Shown: positions 37,117-46,858, counted from the first letter of the stretch. The stretch is DNA of 64,000 nt from Planctomycetota bacterium (GCA_024275135.1 JAJRZS010000018.1:89826-153825); one strand, 5' to 3'. Translations and numbers: made by a program. The notes: generated by a model from the letters alone, not told the origin.

Positions 37117-38096
37117 GCGTCCAAGCCTTGCTCGCGGAATCCCTTAAGCAGGCCTTGCCGCACCAATTCCACTGCCTTTGTCAGAGAAACGCCTTCCTCG
37201 AAGGTCACTCCAGCAGCACGCGCATGTCCGCCGCCACCAAGCTGTGCAGCCACTAGATTGACATCCAAATGGTGTTTGCTACGTAAGCTAAGTTTGACCA
37301 AGCCACTGCGCTCGGAAAGCAAGGCAACCGCCTCCACGCGAGCAACTCCCCGCAATAAATCTAAGACTTCATCCGTGTCTTCCAAGCGTCCCCCCACTTC
37401 TTGCAATCGATCTTGGGGTACCCAACAAAGAGCGATGCGTCCATCCGCCAAATATTCCAAATTCTCTAAGGCCACGCGGATGCCTAAGGGCCGTTCGGGT
37501 TCTGCTTGCTGGTAGACCAAATCGTAAATTCGCTCCGTGTTCACCCCGTGGCTGACTAGGCGAGCAGCAGCCTGCCAAGCTGCCGCATCGGCATTCGAGT
37601 ATTTCAGCCATCCCGTATCCGTCATCAATGCAACGAAGGCAGCCTCGTAGGCAGCAAGCGGCAGAGATTTCACCCCGAGGAGGTCCGCCATTTTCAAGGC
37701 CAGCAAACCACTTGCCGCTGCGCTGACATCATGAAACAAAGCCGTCCAGCCATGGTCTTTAGCAATCGGGTGGTGATCCAAAACCACACGCAGCACATCC
37801 TTTTGCGCAACAAGTTCTCCCATCGCACCAAGCCGGCTTAACTGATTGCAATCGCAAACCACCAACAACTCATAATTGGGCAAAGAACCAGAAAATATAG
37901 TCCAGGGCGTATGCTCCTGCAAAAAGCCATAACGGCCGTCGGGAGCATTCGGCAATATTACCTGCACCTCTTTGCCCAAGGCCTGTAGAGCATGATAGAG
38001 CACGCTAATCGCTCCCAAGCAATCTCCATCGGCGCGCAAATGACCCGACAATAAAATCCGCTGTTGCATTTGGAGGAGTTGAAGCGCGTCCTGCAT
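37113..38096 (-). CDS. DHH/DHHA1 phosphoesterase (NrnA-like)
   Basis: GHLRADGDCLGA, VVLDHH, GGGHARAAG motifs. Confidence 0.85.
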   Translation of the reverse strand: MQDALQLLQMQQRILLSGHLRADGDCLGAISVLYHALQALGKEVQVILPNAPDGRYGFLQEHTPWTIFSGSLPNYELLVVCDCNQLSRLGAMGELVAQKDVLRVVLDHHPIAKDHGWTALFHDVSAAASGLLALKMADLLGVKSLPLAAYEAAFVALMTDTGWLKYSNADAAAWQAAARLVSHGVNTERIYDLVYQQAEPERPLGIRVALENLEYLADGRIALCWVPQDRLQEVGGRLEDTDEVLDLLRGVARVEAVALLSERSGLVKLSLRSKHHLDVNLVAAQLGGGGHARAAGVTFEEGVSLTKAVELVRQGLLKGFREQGLDA

Positions 38097-38132
38097 GCCC
38101 GAATCTTAGCGTTCACAGCCTATCGAACGGCT

Positions 38133-39314
38133 CTAGAACTCAGTGATTTCCAGGCGCATGGAGTCCCCGCTGCACAAAAAGGCACAAAGATCCTTGGCAT
38201 CGCTCATCAACGCAGGGGCCAAATTCAATAGACGCAGAAACCGGGCTCGCTTGCCCAAATCCAAGGCACCTAAATCTCCTCTGTGCAGAGCCTGGGCACC
38301 TGTTTGTGTCAGCGCTTGCCACCAGGCTTGGGGCCCCGGCTCCGGCACCATTTGCCAAGCAAGAGCAACTTCGCGCAAAGGATTTAATTGGCGATTGGAA
38401 GCGCGAGAATCGCATCCCAGGGCTGGCAAGGGAAGGTTAGCCGCTAAAAACTGGGGTTGCGGACGTTCAAAAAATTGGTGAGTGCCGGGACAAAAAACCA
38501 TTTGGACCCCAGATTCCTGTAAACATTGCAGTTCCTCTTTGGATAAATCGCCACCGTGAATGGCAAGGGTTCCTCTCCTCAACCCACCCATCTCCGCCAA
38601 CCAAGCCACCGGAGATGGCCAACGCTGCTTTGGCAACTCACGCCCCCGCTTTTGCAACAGCTCGGCCATCGGTCCGGAGCCTTCCGCCAAAAGTTGGCGT
38701 TCTTCTGGATGCTCGCCAAGATGAATAGAAACCAGACCAAAGGTCTTGAACAAATAGAACACCTCCTGCGCCACGGCGGGGTGGACAGAATAAGGCGCAT
38801 GAAGGGCCACCCCTCCTCGGGCAACCGCTTGCGCAAGCGGGTAATAAGTGAGATCTTGCAGGCCGGGAGCAAAAACCTCCAGCAAGGATAAAACCTCCGG
38901 CAGGTGGCTCACCGCTGGCAACTCAAAACTTTCAACATCCACATGGCATGCTGCCAAACCACAACCAAAACGCGCCATTTCAGCCAAGGACAAAGCCGCA
39001 CTTGCTTGTGCATCCAAGCGATTTTCAGTTTCTCTCCAGGCCAGAAGTTTTTCCACCCAGGCACAAAACCCTCCCCCTCGCCATTCCTCACTTGGAGCAT
39101 CAAAACTTTCCAAGTGGGCATGAGCGAAAACCGGAGCTGCGGCCCAGCATTCCCCAGGGAAACACTCTATTGAGAGCCCTGGAGGCACATCCTCCGGCTT
39201 GCAAAATCCGCAAATTAAACCCGCCTTGTCCACCAAAACGACGATGCGCTCTTGTAAGACAAAAGCATCCGGCAAGAGCGCATCCGGCAACAGGGCACGC
39301 TGAGCCCAGGTCAC
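38133..39314 (-). CDS. Amidohydrolase-superfamily deaminase/chlorohydrolase-like enzyme
   Basis: FAHAHLE (HxH), HLGEHPEE, LGCDSRASN metal-ligand pattern. Confidence 0.7.
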   Translation of the reverse strand: MTWAQRALLPDALLPDAFVLQERIVVLVDKAGLICGFCKPEDVPPGLSIECFPGECWAAAPVFAHAHLESFDAPSEEWRGGGFCAWVEKLLAWRETENRLDAQASAALSLAEMARFGCGLAACHVDVESFELPAVSHLPEVLSLLEVFAPGLQDLTYYPLAQAVARGGVALHAPYSVHPAVAQEVFYLFKTFGLVSIHLGEHPEERQLLAEGSGPMAELLQKRGRELPKQRWPSPVAWLAEMGGLRRGTLAIHGGDLSKEELQCLQESGVQMVFCPGTHQFFERPQPQFLAANLPLPALGCDSRASNRQLNPLREVALAWQMVPEPGPQAWWQALTQTGAQALHRGDLGALDLGKRARFLRLLNLAPALMSDAKDLCAFLCSGDSMRLEITEF

Positions 39315-39317
39315 AAT

Positions 39318-42300
39318 CTAATCGCCCAAGTAATCGAAACTTACACGAGTAACCCGAAAATAGCCGCCAGCAACGCCACCAATCAAGGTGTTGATTTGGT
39401 CTTGGTCGAACACCAACATGTAACGTACACCACGCAAAATGGTCGCGTTGATTTCCGTCAAACCATCGCTGACTCCCTTGACGCTAGGAATAATCCAATT
39501 GGTTTGCGAAAGCACATTGGGCACAGCTTGCGATGATTCTCCAACTGCTAGCCAACCACCTTGGAAGGCAATCCAAATGGGCGTAGCATCGGGGTCGGTA
39601 GGGTTGGTGTTGGAGAAGCTGAGCGTTTGGACGGCACCATCAAAATATTCGACATCAATCTGCCAACCCGTAATTTCCAAATTTTGAATGTTGGCTGGCG
39701 GTTCATACCAACGGGAACGCACACCGCTGGCATTGCCGTTGAATTGGGTGCCGTCAGAAGCAATCACATCGCCGAGGACTCCGGGTAGGGAGACGGAAAT
39801 CGTACCGACGTTGGGTTGCCCAGCAAATCCAATCGGAGCCAAATCCACTGCCGTGTCGGGCACGACAAAGCCCTGCAACAGAGAAAGGGATTCGCTGCCG
39901 GTGCCCGTATCGAAACGAACCAGGCCTCCTCCACCATCACCACCATGGTTGCCTGCCGAACCAAGACCGCCCGGGCCGCCCTTTACGGAAATTGCATCTA
40001 AGCCAGCTTGGACCAAGCTACCGGCTTGCAACAAAGCAGCGCCGCCGGAGCCTCCTCCACCACCAGCATCCCCTGGAGGGCCAAAGTTAATGGCATCGGG
40101 GGTAGAGAATGGGATGGAAATCATGAACTCGCTGTCACCACCGCGACCGCCATCGAGAAGAACAGAACCATTTACCGAGAGTCGAGAACCTGCATGGAGC
40201 TGCAAGGCACCGCCGCCAGCGCCGCCACCAGCACCAGGACAGTTACGGAAGGTACCAACCTCACCGTCCACGCCGCTAAAGCGATTTTCAATGGATCCAT
40301 ATTCCGACATGCCAGCCCCGCCGCCACCAGAACCACCTAACAATAAGCCGGCTTCGGGATCCAAAGTTTCAATGCCAGCAACGGGAACGTAACGTCCGCC
40401 ATCGGCGTCAGGCAAAGAAGCACTCGGGCCCAAACGCACATCCCACATGTAGTAGTCACCGCCAAGGCCATCCCCGTTAAACTCCACAACATTGTTTGCT
40501 GGGTCTGCAAGCGGCTCCAGGTTTGGGGCAAGAGGTTGGCCCAAGGGGTCGGTTGCTGTGGGGTCGAAGTGGGTGCCGCGACCACCGTCGGTCCAATAAC
40601 CGCCACCGCCACCACCGCGCGCGCGATGAATCGCAAAATCGCCAAATGCCGTAGGTACGCCAGCGCTAAAAGCGGTCGGATGGGTACGCATTTTGACCCC
40701 ATTCAAGAAATTGGAATCCGTGACGGCATCGCTGGTCGGTGGCCAACACCAAGAACCCATACCCGAACCATTATCTTGGTCTACATGCAGGTTATTTGGG
40801 TCGCCAGAGAGGGGCAACCCCGCTGGAGCAACCCCGCCTACACCCTCTGCGTTGGAACCACAAAACTCACTGCCACGAATTTCTTGACGAAAGCGAGCGG
40901 GATTGGGATTACCTGCCCCACTTAGCGCTCCCTGCCAGTTCACCAGCAGAGAGTTTAAATAACCAGTGTTGTCGAATCGAACGTTGTTGTAGTACCAAGC
41001 TTGCCCGCCGACACCACCAGAGCCAGAGCCCAGGCTACCAATTCCAGGAGCGCCACCAAGGGCATTGGCATCGACGCCGTTAGCATCGGTAATGCGGCCG
41101 AAATCGGCTTCGAGGAAAGTGGAGCCTCCAAAACTAGCCTCGTTATCCCACTCTCCGGTATAAAACACTTTACCGCGATGGGTTGGTGCATCCTCACCAC
41201 TCAAATCCATCACCCCATCGATTTGCAAGCTGCCTTGGGCGAAAATCCGCAATGGATTGCTACCCACAGCTTCGATGCGGACTGCAGCAGGTACCAGCAC
41301 ATCGCTGAAGGGGAAGACTCCGCCTTGCACCAGCACCGTCTCGCCCAAAATACTGGAGTTCAGCGCAGGATGGGAATCCGTATCGAAAACGAACAAGCTT
41401 GCCGTGGGCTCAAAATGCCCCAGAATGCCAGAACCACCGCCATGGTGCTTGCCAGTCAGCGGGTCTTGCCCACTGTCTAAAGCACCGGCTACCGCTGACC
41501 ACAAACCCGCGGTACTGCCGGAGTCATCCTCTTTGGCATTGTCGAGAAAATCTTCGGTGAGAGAACCGGTGGACGAAGCAATGGCTGGCAATTGCAAAAT
41601 CCGCGTGCCCGCATTGGAGAGCACATTGCCGACGAGGTCGGCGATTTGTTGAGACAAGCTCACCCGCAGAACCCTGGTTCCACCATTATCACCTGGAAAC
41701 GGAATATCCGGCACAAAGGTCACCACGGTTTGTAGCGCATCTCGGTCCACCACTGCGGTGAACACTCCGGGGAAGTTGAGCTCCTTACCCGTGGCCGAAT
41801 CAAAAGTGCTAATCGAAATGAGAGCACTTTGCCCCGTATCGGGGTTGGCCAACAACAAAGTTTGCATCACATCGCCAAAGGTAAGCACAATATTGAAATT
41901 GCGCGTGGCGGGAATCGTTTGCTCATCAGGAGAGATGGAGAGCAAGGAGGGCGGGCCAGGAACCAAGTCGGTTGGGTCGACAATGGTGATATCGCCGGTG
42001 ATAAAGGTTTGATTCAGCCGTCCGGAGGTTGCGGCCACAGCATTGGCGCTAGCGTCGTCAAGAACCTGGATGCGATAGGTGGAGCCGGTTAAAAACCCAT
42101 ACTGAATACCAGAATTGGTTTCAATGAGACTGGGGCGAAAAATCACCACATTGCCGCTCACCAGGAAGCTTCCAGTAGGGGTGATGCCGGTAGCCTTATC
42201 CACAATGGAGATAGAAGAAAAGTTCACCGTGGTCGGATCCACCTTATCATTGAAGGTGAAGCTGATGTCCATGTTGGCTGGGTGCGAATTGGTGGCAAAG

Positions 42301-42440
42301 GAGCTACCGTTACAGCCCAGAGAACAGACAGACATGCCGAATTCCTGGATTTTGGCACCAGTTTTCGAAGAAGTGCCACAAGCCGCCAATGCACTGAGCA
42401 AGAAAGCGGTGGCAAGAATTTTGCTTGGGGAAGGAAGCAT
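39318..42440 (-). CDS. Giant lipoprotein, Ig-like N-terminus plus Gly-rich beta-helix-like core (paralogue of 49462-53082)
   Basis: Start trimmed to ATG 42440 (MLPSPSKILATAFLLSALAAC). Big_5-type module MDISFTFNDKVDPTTVNFSSISIV. Gly runs with GGALQLHAGSRLSVNGSVLLDGGRGG-type repeats. Confidence 0.8.
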   Translation of the reverse strand: MLPSPSKILATAFLLSALAACGTSSKTGAKIQEFGMSVCSLGCNGSSFATNSHPANMDISFTFNDKVDPTTVNFSSISIVDKATGITPTGSFLVSGNVVIFRPSLIETNSGIQYGFLTGSTYRIQVLDDASANAVAATSGRLNQTFITGDITIVDPTDLVPGPPSLLSISPDEQTIPATRNFNIVLTFGDVMQTLLLANPDTGQSALISISTFDSATGKELNFPGVFTAVVDRDALQTVVTFVPDIPFPGDNGGTRVLRVSLSQQIADLVGNVLSNAGTRILQLPAIASSTGSLTEDFLDNAKEDDSGSTAGLWSAVAGALDSGQDPLTGKHHGGGSGILGHFEPTASLFVFDTDSHPALNSSILGETVLVQGGVFPFSDVLVPAAVRIEAVGSNPLRIFAQGSLQIDGVMDLSGEDAPTHRGKVFYTGEWDNEASFGGSTFLEADFGRITDANGVDANALGGAPGIGSLGSGSGGVGGQAWYYNNVRFDNTGYLNSLLVNWQGALSGAGNPNPARFRQEIRGSEFCGSNAEGVGGVAPAGLPLSGDPNNLHVDQDNGSGMGSWCWPPTSDAVTDSNFLNGVKMRTHPTAFSAGVPTAFGDFAIHRARGGGGGGYWTDGGRGTHFDPTATDPLGQPLAPNLEPLADPANNVVEFNGDGLGGDYYMWDVRLGPSASLPDADGGRYVPVAGIETLDPEAGLLLGGSGGGGAGMSEYGSIENRFSGVDGEVGTFRNCPGAGGGAGGGALQLHAGSRLSVNGSVLLDGGRGGDSEFMISIPFSTPDAINFGPPGDAGGGGGSGGAALLQAGSLVQAGLDAISVKGGPGGLGSAGNHGGDGGGGLVRFDTGTGSESLSLLQGFVVPDTAVDLAPIGFAGQPNVGTISVSLPGVLGDVIASDGTQFNGNASGVRSRWYEPPANIQNLEITGWQIDVEYFDGAVQTLSFSNTNPTDPDATPIWIAFQGGWLAVGESSQAVPNVLSQTNWIIPSVKGVSDGLTEINATILRGVRYMLVFDQDQINTLIGGVAGGYFRVTRVSFDYLGD

Positions 42441-42525
42441 CTTCACAATGACCCGGTCGAAGGAACCAAGACCTCCACGCGAAGGTGCGCGGAGAATGCG
42501 GTCGGCAAAGTTTAGCAGAAACACC

Positions 42526-43482
42526 ATGGACTCACAGACGAACCAACAGCCGGACGCACGGACCCACAAGAGGGCCTCCTTCCTAGTGCACATTCTGTGC
42601 CAACTAGGTCTTTTTGGGCTTTTTTCTCTGTTTTTCGGCACTTCTTCGGGATGCACCCGATCTGCCGACAACTCCACCTACTTCGGCCCGGAAGCGCGCC
42701 AATTGGCCGCTCAATTCCCCACCCCAGAAGCGGCAAAAGAAAGCCTTTTAGTGCGTGCACGCACGGCGGCTGTGCGCCTCCACACAGACGCAACGGCTGA
42801 GGAACTCCCCCATCTTCGCCAGGAACTGGAGATATCGGTGCGTGCCTTGGGCACCATCGAGAACGCAGCCGAGTTTCCGTGGGCAGATTGGATCGAAGAA
42901 AGCCGATTCACTCTTCCCGAATTGGCGGAGCAACAGCTGCTTGCGGCAACGCATCTGCTCCCTGCTGAGGAATCGCTTGCCCTGTGCACCAGCTGCGATT
43001 TCCGCGAGATGCCAGCAAAAATTCGAATCGTGGCCCATCAAACATTTTGGCAACTGGAGCCGAATTTTGCCTATGCACGCGGACGCATCCTACTCTTTCG
43101 GGAATCGACCCGCGCGCGGGATTTGCTTCGCCCCATGTATGTGGAAAAGGTATTGCTCCCCTGCAACCACCCCTTGGTGGAAGAACTCTTACTTGATATC
43201 GCCACCGAGGATTCCATGTCTCCCCGTGCCCGCAATTTGGCCGTGCGCGCTCTGGGTGACCGCAAATCCAAAGATGCCCCCCCCATCCTCGAAAGTCTTT
43301 GGGATACCGAAGCCACGAATTTCTTGGTTCGTAAAGAGGCCCTTCTCGTCATCCTCAAACTGGACCCGGAGCGTGGTCATCACATTCTGCTCGACAAAAT
43401 GCCGTCGCGCGAGATTGAACCTGGCACTTGGCAATTCATGAAAATCCTACGTCAACAGGAAGGCTTGCCTGTACCCGAATGA
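42526..43482 (+). CDS. HEAT-repeat protein with signal peptide/Cys
   Basis: Start trimmed to ATG 42526 (LGLFGLFSLFFGTSSGC). C-terminal HEAT-like units PRARNLAVRALGDRKSKDAPPILESL...VRKEALLVILKL. Confidence 0.6.
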   Translation: MDSQTNQQPDARTHKRASFLVHILCQLGLFGLFSLFFGTSSGCTRSADNSTYFGPEARQLAAQFPTPEAAKESLLVRARTAAVRLHTDATAEELPHLRQELEISVRALGTIENAAEFPWADWIEESRFTLPELAEQQLLAATHLLPAEESLALCTSCDFREMPAKIRIVAHQTFWQLEPNFAYARGRILLFRESTRARDLLRPMYVEKVLLPCNHPLVEELLLDIATEDSMSPRARNLAVRALGDRKSKDAPPILESLWDTEATNFLVRKEALLVILKLDPERGHHILLDKMPSREIEPGTWQFMKILRQQEGLPVPE

Positions 43483-44258
43483 ATTTTCCACTTTTCGACA
43501 GTCACTGCCACCTAACTTGGGAGGAAGAAAAGCATTCCGTAGCCGACACTATTCAGCGTGCTCAGGCCCAGGGAGTGCAAAGATTTCTTTGCGTTGCCAT
43601 CGACCTTGCCAGCGCGCAGCGATGCGCCGCAATTGCCTCCCAACACCAAGGGGTGTTTGCCAGCATCGGCATCCATCCCAATGATGTCGGTGCAGCTGCA
43701 GAGCTTCCCCAACTTCTCTCCCAGCTACAGGAACAGGCGACGGATTCTTCTTTTGTTGCGATTGGAGAAACCGGTCTTGACTTTTTCCGCGACTCGTCGC
43801 AACCCGAAACGCAAATTCAATCCTTGAAAATGCATTTGGAACTGGCCGCAAAGCTGGACTTGCCCATCATTCTGCACTGTCGGTCAGCAATCCAAACACT
43901 GCTGCCAATTCTTCAAGATTTCGGCGCCAAGAGCAAAGGCGTCATGCATTGTTACTCCGAAGGTCCCGAACATATCGAAGCCTTGCTGGAACTTGGACTC
44001 CATATCAGTTTTGCTGGAAATCTAAGTTACCCCAAATCAGAAGCCCTTCGCCAAGCCAGTCGTTTGGTTCCCCTTGATCGCATCTTGGTGGAAACGGATG
44101 CACCTTTCCTTGCCCCCCAAGCCATGCGCGGCAAGCGCAATGAGCCAAGTTTTCTGCCTCACACTCTCGAATGTCTGGCTGAGTCGATGGGGCTCGAAGC
44201 GCAAAGAGTGGCTGCCGCCACCTACAAGAATGCGTGTAAACTGTTCAAGGTAAGCTAG
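43479..44258 (+). CDS. tatD: TatD-family metal-dependent DNase/hydrolase
   Basis: FDSHCHL, AIGETGLDF, ILHCR, VMHCYSEG, LVETDAPFL. ATGA overlap with the HEAT gene stop. Confidence 0.9.
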   Translation: MNFPLFDSHCHLTWEEEKHSVADTIQRAQAQGVQRFLCVAIDLASAQRCAAIASQHQGVFASIGIHPNDVGAAAELPQLLSQLQEQATDSSFVAIGETGLDFFRDSSQPETQIQSLKMHLELAAKLDLPIILHCRSAIQTLLPILQDFGAKSKGVMHCYSEGPEHIEALLELGLHISFAGNLSYPKSEALRQASRLVPLDRILVETDAPFLAPQAMRGKRNEPSFLPHTLECLAESMGLEAQRVAAATYKNACKLFKVS

Positions 44259-44815
44259 TCGGCGGCAACCAAGGATAGTCCCACGTCTTCCGGCGCGAGG
44301 CTGCCTGGAGTATCCACCCAAGATGCCGAAACAGCCGTGGCAAAAACTTGTTGAGTGGAAAAATCAACCCAATAGGTTTGCAGCCCAGAATACTCCCGCA
44401 AGTTCGGCCACGCCCAACAACCGACGACACGTCCATCCTGGTCATGGCCTGCGCGGAATCGATAGCCCGCGCGATGCCCAATGCCCACTCCGTCAAAAAT
44501 CATCTTCGGACGAAAATCAAAAGGCGGTGTGCGTAAAGAAAAAGAACCTGAGGCAGGATTGGGAACGGACTCGGCGAGGGAACGAATTTCGACAAAACTG
44601 CCTTGCTCACGTTTCCACAATTGCTCGGCAGAGGCCATCATGCGTAAATAGGCCACAGCATGGGCTTCGTTTTGGTTTTTCCGTGCTTGCAAGGCCTTCG
44701 GCAATAACCACATAGAGGCTGAAGTGAGCACGGCGATGAAGACAAGCAACTCGGGAAGAGTAAACCCCACCCGCGCCCGGCTCGACACCAGGGTTTTGGT
44801 GAAAGAGACCATCAT
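44255..44815 (-). CDS. Type IV pilin-like protein / pseudopilin
   Basis: Prepilin leader MMVSFTKTLVSSRARVG then FTLPELLVFIAVL (Glu at +5). Start overlaps the EF-G-like stop (TAATG). Confidence 0.8.
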   Translation of the reverse strand: MMVSFTKTLVSSRARVGFTLPELLVFIAVLTSASMWLLPKALQARKNQNEAHAVAYLRMMASAEQLWKREQGSFVEIRSLAESVPNPASGSFSLRTPPFDFRPKMIFDGVGIGHRAGYRFRAGHDQDGRVVGCWAWPNLREYSGLQTYWVDFSTQQVFATAVSASWVDTPGSLAPEDVGLSLVAAD

Positions 44816-46797
44816 TAACTTTGCACCACCTCTTCTCCTTGTGCCGCCATGATGTCGGCCTGGAGATGGGAGGGCACTTCCGCGTAACGCGCCTGTTCCA
44901 TGCGAAAATGTCCTTCGCCATGCGTCATCGCACGCAATTGGGTAGCGTAGGTTTGCAGCTCAGCAAGTGGCACTTCTGCTTGGATGGTTTGGAAATCGCC
45001 CGAGGCTTCCATGCCAAGGATTTGCCCGCGACGGGAATTCAAATCACCACTCACATCGCCGAAGTAACGGGAAGGCACGGTGATGTCCACCTTCATAATG
45101 GGTTCCAATAAAATGGGATTGGCTTTGGTAAAACCATCCACCAAGGCACGCGCACCCGCCGCACGGAAGGAATGCTCATCGGAGTCGACCGCATGGAATT
45201 TGCCGTCATAAAGCTCCACCTTGAGATCAACAACATGGGAACCAGCGATGATTCCTTTCATCATTTGCTCTTCAATTCCCTTCTCCACTGCCGGGATGAA
45301 CTGGCGTGGAATCGCACCTCCCACCACCTTGTCCAAAAATTCGTAACCGGAACCACGTTCGGCTGGAATTAGGCGAATGTAACACTCGGCAAACTGTCCT
45401 TTGCCACCGGTTTGTTTTTTATGGCGATGATGCCCCTCGGACGGGGTGGTGATCGTTTCTTTATAGGCGATGCGGGGCAAGCGAGTATCAACCTCCACAC
45501 CCCGGTTTTGCAAACGAGACAACAAAGCCTTCAGGTGCAACTCACTCAAACCCTCGACAATGGTTTCATGGGTGACTTCATCGTAATGAACCTTAAAACA
45601 AGGATCTTCCCGCTCCAGCTTGTGTAACTCTTGCCCAATCTTTTGTTCGGCAGAACGGTCCTTAGGCACGATGGCATAGGCGGTGTATGGGGTTGGCAAA
45701 GGGAATTGATGGAAATGCCCTTCGCCCGAACTCACGAGAACATCCCCCACACATAAATCTTCGATACGAGAGACGGCAACGATATCCCCTGGCTCTGCCT
45801 TCGACACGCCTTCCAATTTTTCCCCAAAAATCGTCGACAGCCCATTCATTTTGACCTGCTTACCTTCATGAGGATCAATAAGAGGATCACCAGACTTCAA
45901 GGTTCCCTGCAGAATCCGCAGATAGGAAATCTGCCCTAGGTGTTTATCCGTTAGCACCTTCCATACCCGCGCCACGGTACGCTCATCTGCACCTCCACTT
46001 TCGATATTGTCACTGTGCATGGCCGCTAATTGCATGGCCGCATCCGGAAAGTCACGCACCATAAAGTCACCGAACTCCTGCACACCGATACCACGAACAG
46101 GATCCACACAGAACAAAGGAGCAAAGGTTCCTTTCGCCATGGCTACGGGGAAGGCGGCCTCAAGTTCTTGGTGGGAAATATCCCCTTCTTCCAGATATTT
46201 TTCCATCAAGGAATCATTGGCCTCCACCACAGCATCCACTAGATGTTCGCGATGCTCACCCCCTTCCTGTTCGACAACATGAACTTCGGAAAAAGCATCA
46301 CCCGTGCCGTTGGCCAAAGTGAAGGGCACCACCCGCTGGCCAAAAACCTCGCGGATATTGTCGATGACCACATCCAATTCAAGGTTATCGCTATCCAAAC
46401 GGGTCACCACAACCGCGCGGGCCAAGCCAAGAACTCCGGCTTTTTCCCACAGATGAAGAGCGTGAAAAGGAACACCGGTTTCTTTGGCCGGAACCACCAC
46501 CACCGCCGTGCCGGCGGCTCCCATTGAGGTAATGGCATCGGCAACAAAATCTGGGTAACCCGGGGTATCAATCAGATTGAGTTTGCCATGGGGTGCCTCC
46601 AAATGCACCACCGCAGCTGAAAGGCTATGCCGTTTTTCCTTTTCCTCAGGCAAGAAATCACACAGAGTGGTGCCATCTTCCACCGTACCAATGCGGTCTA
46701 AGGCTCCAAAATGATGGGCAATCTTCTCTACCAATGTAGTTTTCCCGGCATCGGAGGAGCCCAGGAAAGTGATGTTGTGGATGTCGGTAGCAGACAT
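44815..46797 (-). CDS. EF-G-family translational GTPase paralogue with altered G motifs
   Basis: Five-domain EF-G pattern (SDAGKTT; RHKKQTGGKGQFAECYIRLIP; DGKFHAVDSDEHSFRAA). Differs from canonical in DTPGYPDF (not DTPGHVDF) and TRLD (not NKxD). ATG 46797; ORF opens at TTG 46830. Confidence 0.9.
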   Translation of the reverse strand: MSATDIHNITFLGSSDAGKTTLVEKIAHHFGALDRIGTVEDGTTLCDFLPEEKEKRHSLSAAVVHLEAPHGKLNLIDTPGYPDFVADAITSMGAAGTAVVVVPAKETGVPFHALHLWEKAGVLGLARAVVVTRLDSDNLELDVVIDNIREVFGQRVVPFTLANGTGDAFSEVHVVEQEGGEHREHLVDAVVEANDSLMEKYLEEGDISHQELEAAFPVAMAKGTFAPLFCVDPVRGIGVQEFGDFMVRDFPDAAMQLAAMHSDNIESGGADERTVARVWKVLTDKHLGQISYLRILQGTLKSGDPLIDPHEGKQVKMNGLSTIFGEKLEGVSKAEPGDIVAVSRIEDLCVGDVLVSSGEGHFHQFPLPTPYTAYAIVPKDRSAEQKIGQELHKLEREDPCFKVHYDEVTHETIVEGLSELHLKALLSRLQNRGVEVDTRLPRIAYKETITTPSEGHHRHKKQTGGKGQFAECYIRLIPAERGSGYEFLDKVVGGAIPRQFIPAVEKGIEEQMMKGIIAGSHVVDLKVELYDGKFHAVDSDEHSFRAAGARALVDGFTKANPILLEPIMKVDITVPSRYFGDVSGDLNSRRGQILGMEASGDFQTIQAEVPLAELQTYATQLRAMTHGEGHFRMEQARYAEVPSHLQADIMAAQGEEVVQS

Positions 46798-46820
46798 GGG
46801 GTGTGCTTGCGTGGGATGGG

Positions 46821-46858
46821 GAAAAAACAAGGCACCGAGTGGGTGTCCACTCGATGCC
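46821..46858 (-). terminator. Strong rho-independent terminator/attenuator after OmpA-like gene
   Basis: Minus-strand RNA forms GGCAUCGAGUGG-ACAC-CCACUCGGUGCC (11 WC + 1 G-U) followed by UUGUUUUUUC. The plus-strand version would carry a C-A mismatch and has no U-run. Confidence 0.7.

Noticed and set aside
42115-42525. N-terminal 137 codons of the 455-aa plus-strand ORF
   Set aside because: They are antisense to the strongly supported giant lipoprotein gene. A signal-peptide-bearing start at ATG 42526 lies just outside it.
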